A DNA stretch of 64,000 bases, from the NCBI GenBank assembly GCA_947632455.1, contig CANRPK010000004.1, forward strand, positions 3,542 to 67,541. The letters run 5' to 3'. The notes below the pieces were generated by a model, which was not told where the DNA came from, did no database searches, and saw only the letters and a list, made by a program, of their open reading frames with translations. Shown piece after piece: positions 63,638 to 64,000 of the stretch (positions within the stretch are counted from its first letter, which is position 1; every line of letters starts with the position of its first letter). Made by a program: the position numbers and the translations under genes. Source of the stretch: an uncultured Bacilli bacterium (lineage in GTDB: Bacteria > Bacillota_I > Bacilli_A > RF39 > UBA660).

Positions 63638-64000
63638 ATGAAAATAGAAAGGTTAGATACAGATAATAAAAGGAATAAAACAATATTTGCAGTAGGTTTT
63701 ATTTTAGCAATAATATTAGTAATAGTAATAAATTATATAACCAGTTTAGCAAGATATCGAAATACAGAAAGTATAGAACTAGCAAGTGGAAATATAAACT
63801 ACAATAAGGCAGATTTAAATATAATAGCGATGTATCAAGAAAGTAGTTATAGTACAAATGGCTATAAACAAATAGATGATGTGCCAACTGAAAAATATAC
63901 ATTAAGTAATAAAAGCTATTGTGAAGTAAATAAAGAAAAAGTTGAAGAAGCCCAAATAACATATGAAGAAGGATATATAAGCGTAAGTAAAATAAATAAA
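63638..64000 (+). CDS. Paralog G of the ~500-aa family (3' end outside window)
   Basis: Not in the ORF track because it is open-ended. Hand translation: MKIERLDTDNKRNKTIFAVGFILAIILVIVINYITSLARYRNTESIELASGNINYNKADLNIIAMYQESSYSTNGYKQIDDVPTEKYTLSNKSYCEV...EEAQITYEEGYISVSKINK. This is a third N-terminal type, and the second block is as in D. Confidence 0.85.
   Translation, partial: MKIERLDTDNKRNKTIFAVGFILAIILVIVINYITSLARYRNTESIELASGNINYNKADLNIIAMYQESSYSTNGYKQIDDVPTEKYTLSNKSYCEVNKEKVEEAQITYEEGYISVSKINK

Noticed and set aside
1-64000. An alternative genetic code (UGA read as Trp, as in Mycoplasma-like organisms), given the extreme AT-richness.
   Set aside because: Conserved genes (mnmE, mnmG, cysS, uvrB, rplM, rpsI) are full-length under the standard code and end at sensible positions. 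The presence of TagO, TagA and LtaS-like genes indicates a walled Firmicute.

Overview
This is a very AT-rich chromosomal segment (under about 30% G+C by eye) that uses the standard genetic code. It looks Firmicutes/Bacilli-like, possibly Erysipelotrichia- or RF39-like. It is almost fully coding, mostly on the + strand. The housekeeping backbone comprises a degenerate ecfA-like pair followed by truA-rplM-rpsI, then mnmE-mnmG-rsmG ... parB (origin-proximal type synteny, but no parA), tRNA-His, secG, cysS and uvrB. There is also an ~11-kb wall-glycopolymer / teichoic-acid-like cluster: flippase, Wzy-like, GT2, DXD-GT, GT4, LtaS-like, TagA, TagO and GtrB-like. Accessory items are a HipA-like kinase, a DUF2075-type P-loop NTPase, a LigD phosphoesterase-polymerase with no ligase or Ku nearby, and a radical-SAM/DUF4130 DNA-repair pair in an apparent operon with a GroES-less GroEL-like gene. 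The stand-out feature is a two-gene cassette present seven times, two copies being cut by the window edges, and totalling about 11.6 kb. Each cassette has a + strand gene for a ~500-aa protein with one N-terminal TM helix, conserved cysteines and no family I can name. Upstream and divergent lies an XRE-type regulator: five have tandem double HTH modules and one has a single HTH. The cassettes share three non-coding elements: a consensus TTGACT-17-TATAAT promoter followed by a 16-bp palindrome, a covarying 3' stem-loop, and a separate terminator. The paralogs are block-wise mosaics of one another. Most carry a short GC-rich, adenine-depleted patch in their most variable C-terminal segment. I found no transposase, integrase, reverse transcriptase, CRISPR array or rRNA. 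All coordinates, motif matches and base counts were made by eye or hand. All family assignments are from memory and need HMM or structure searches.
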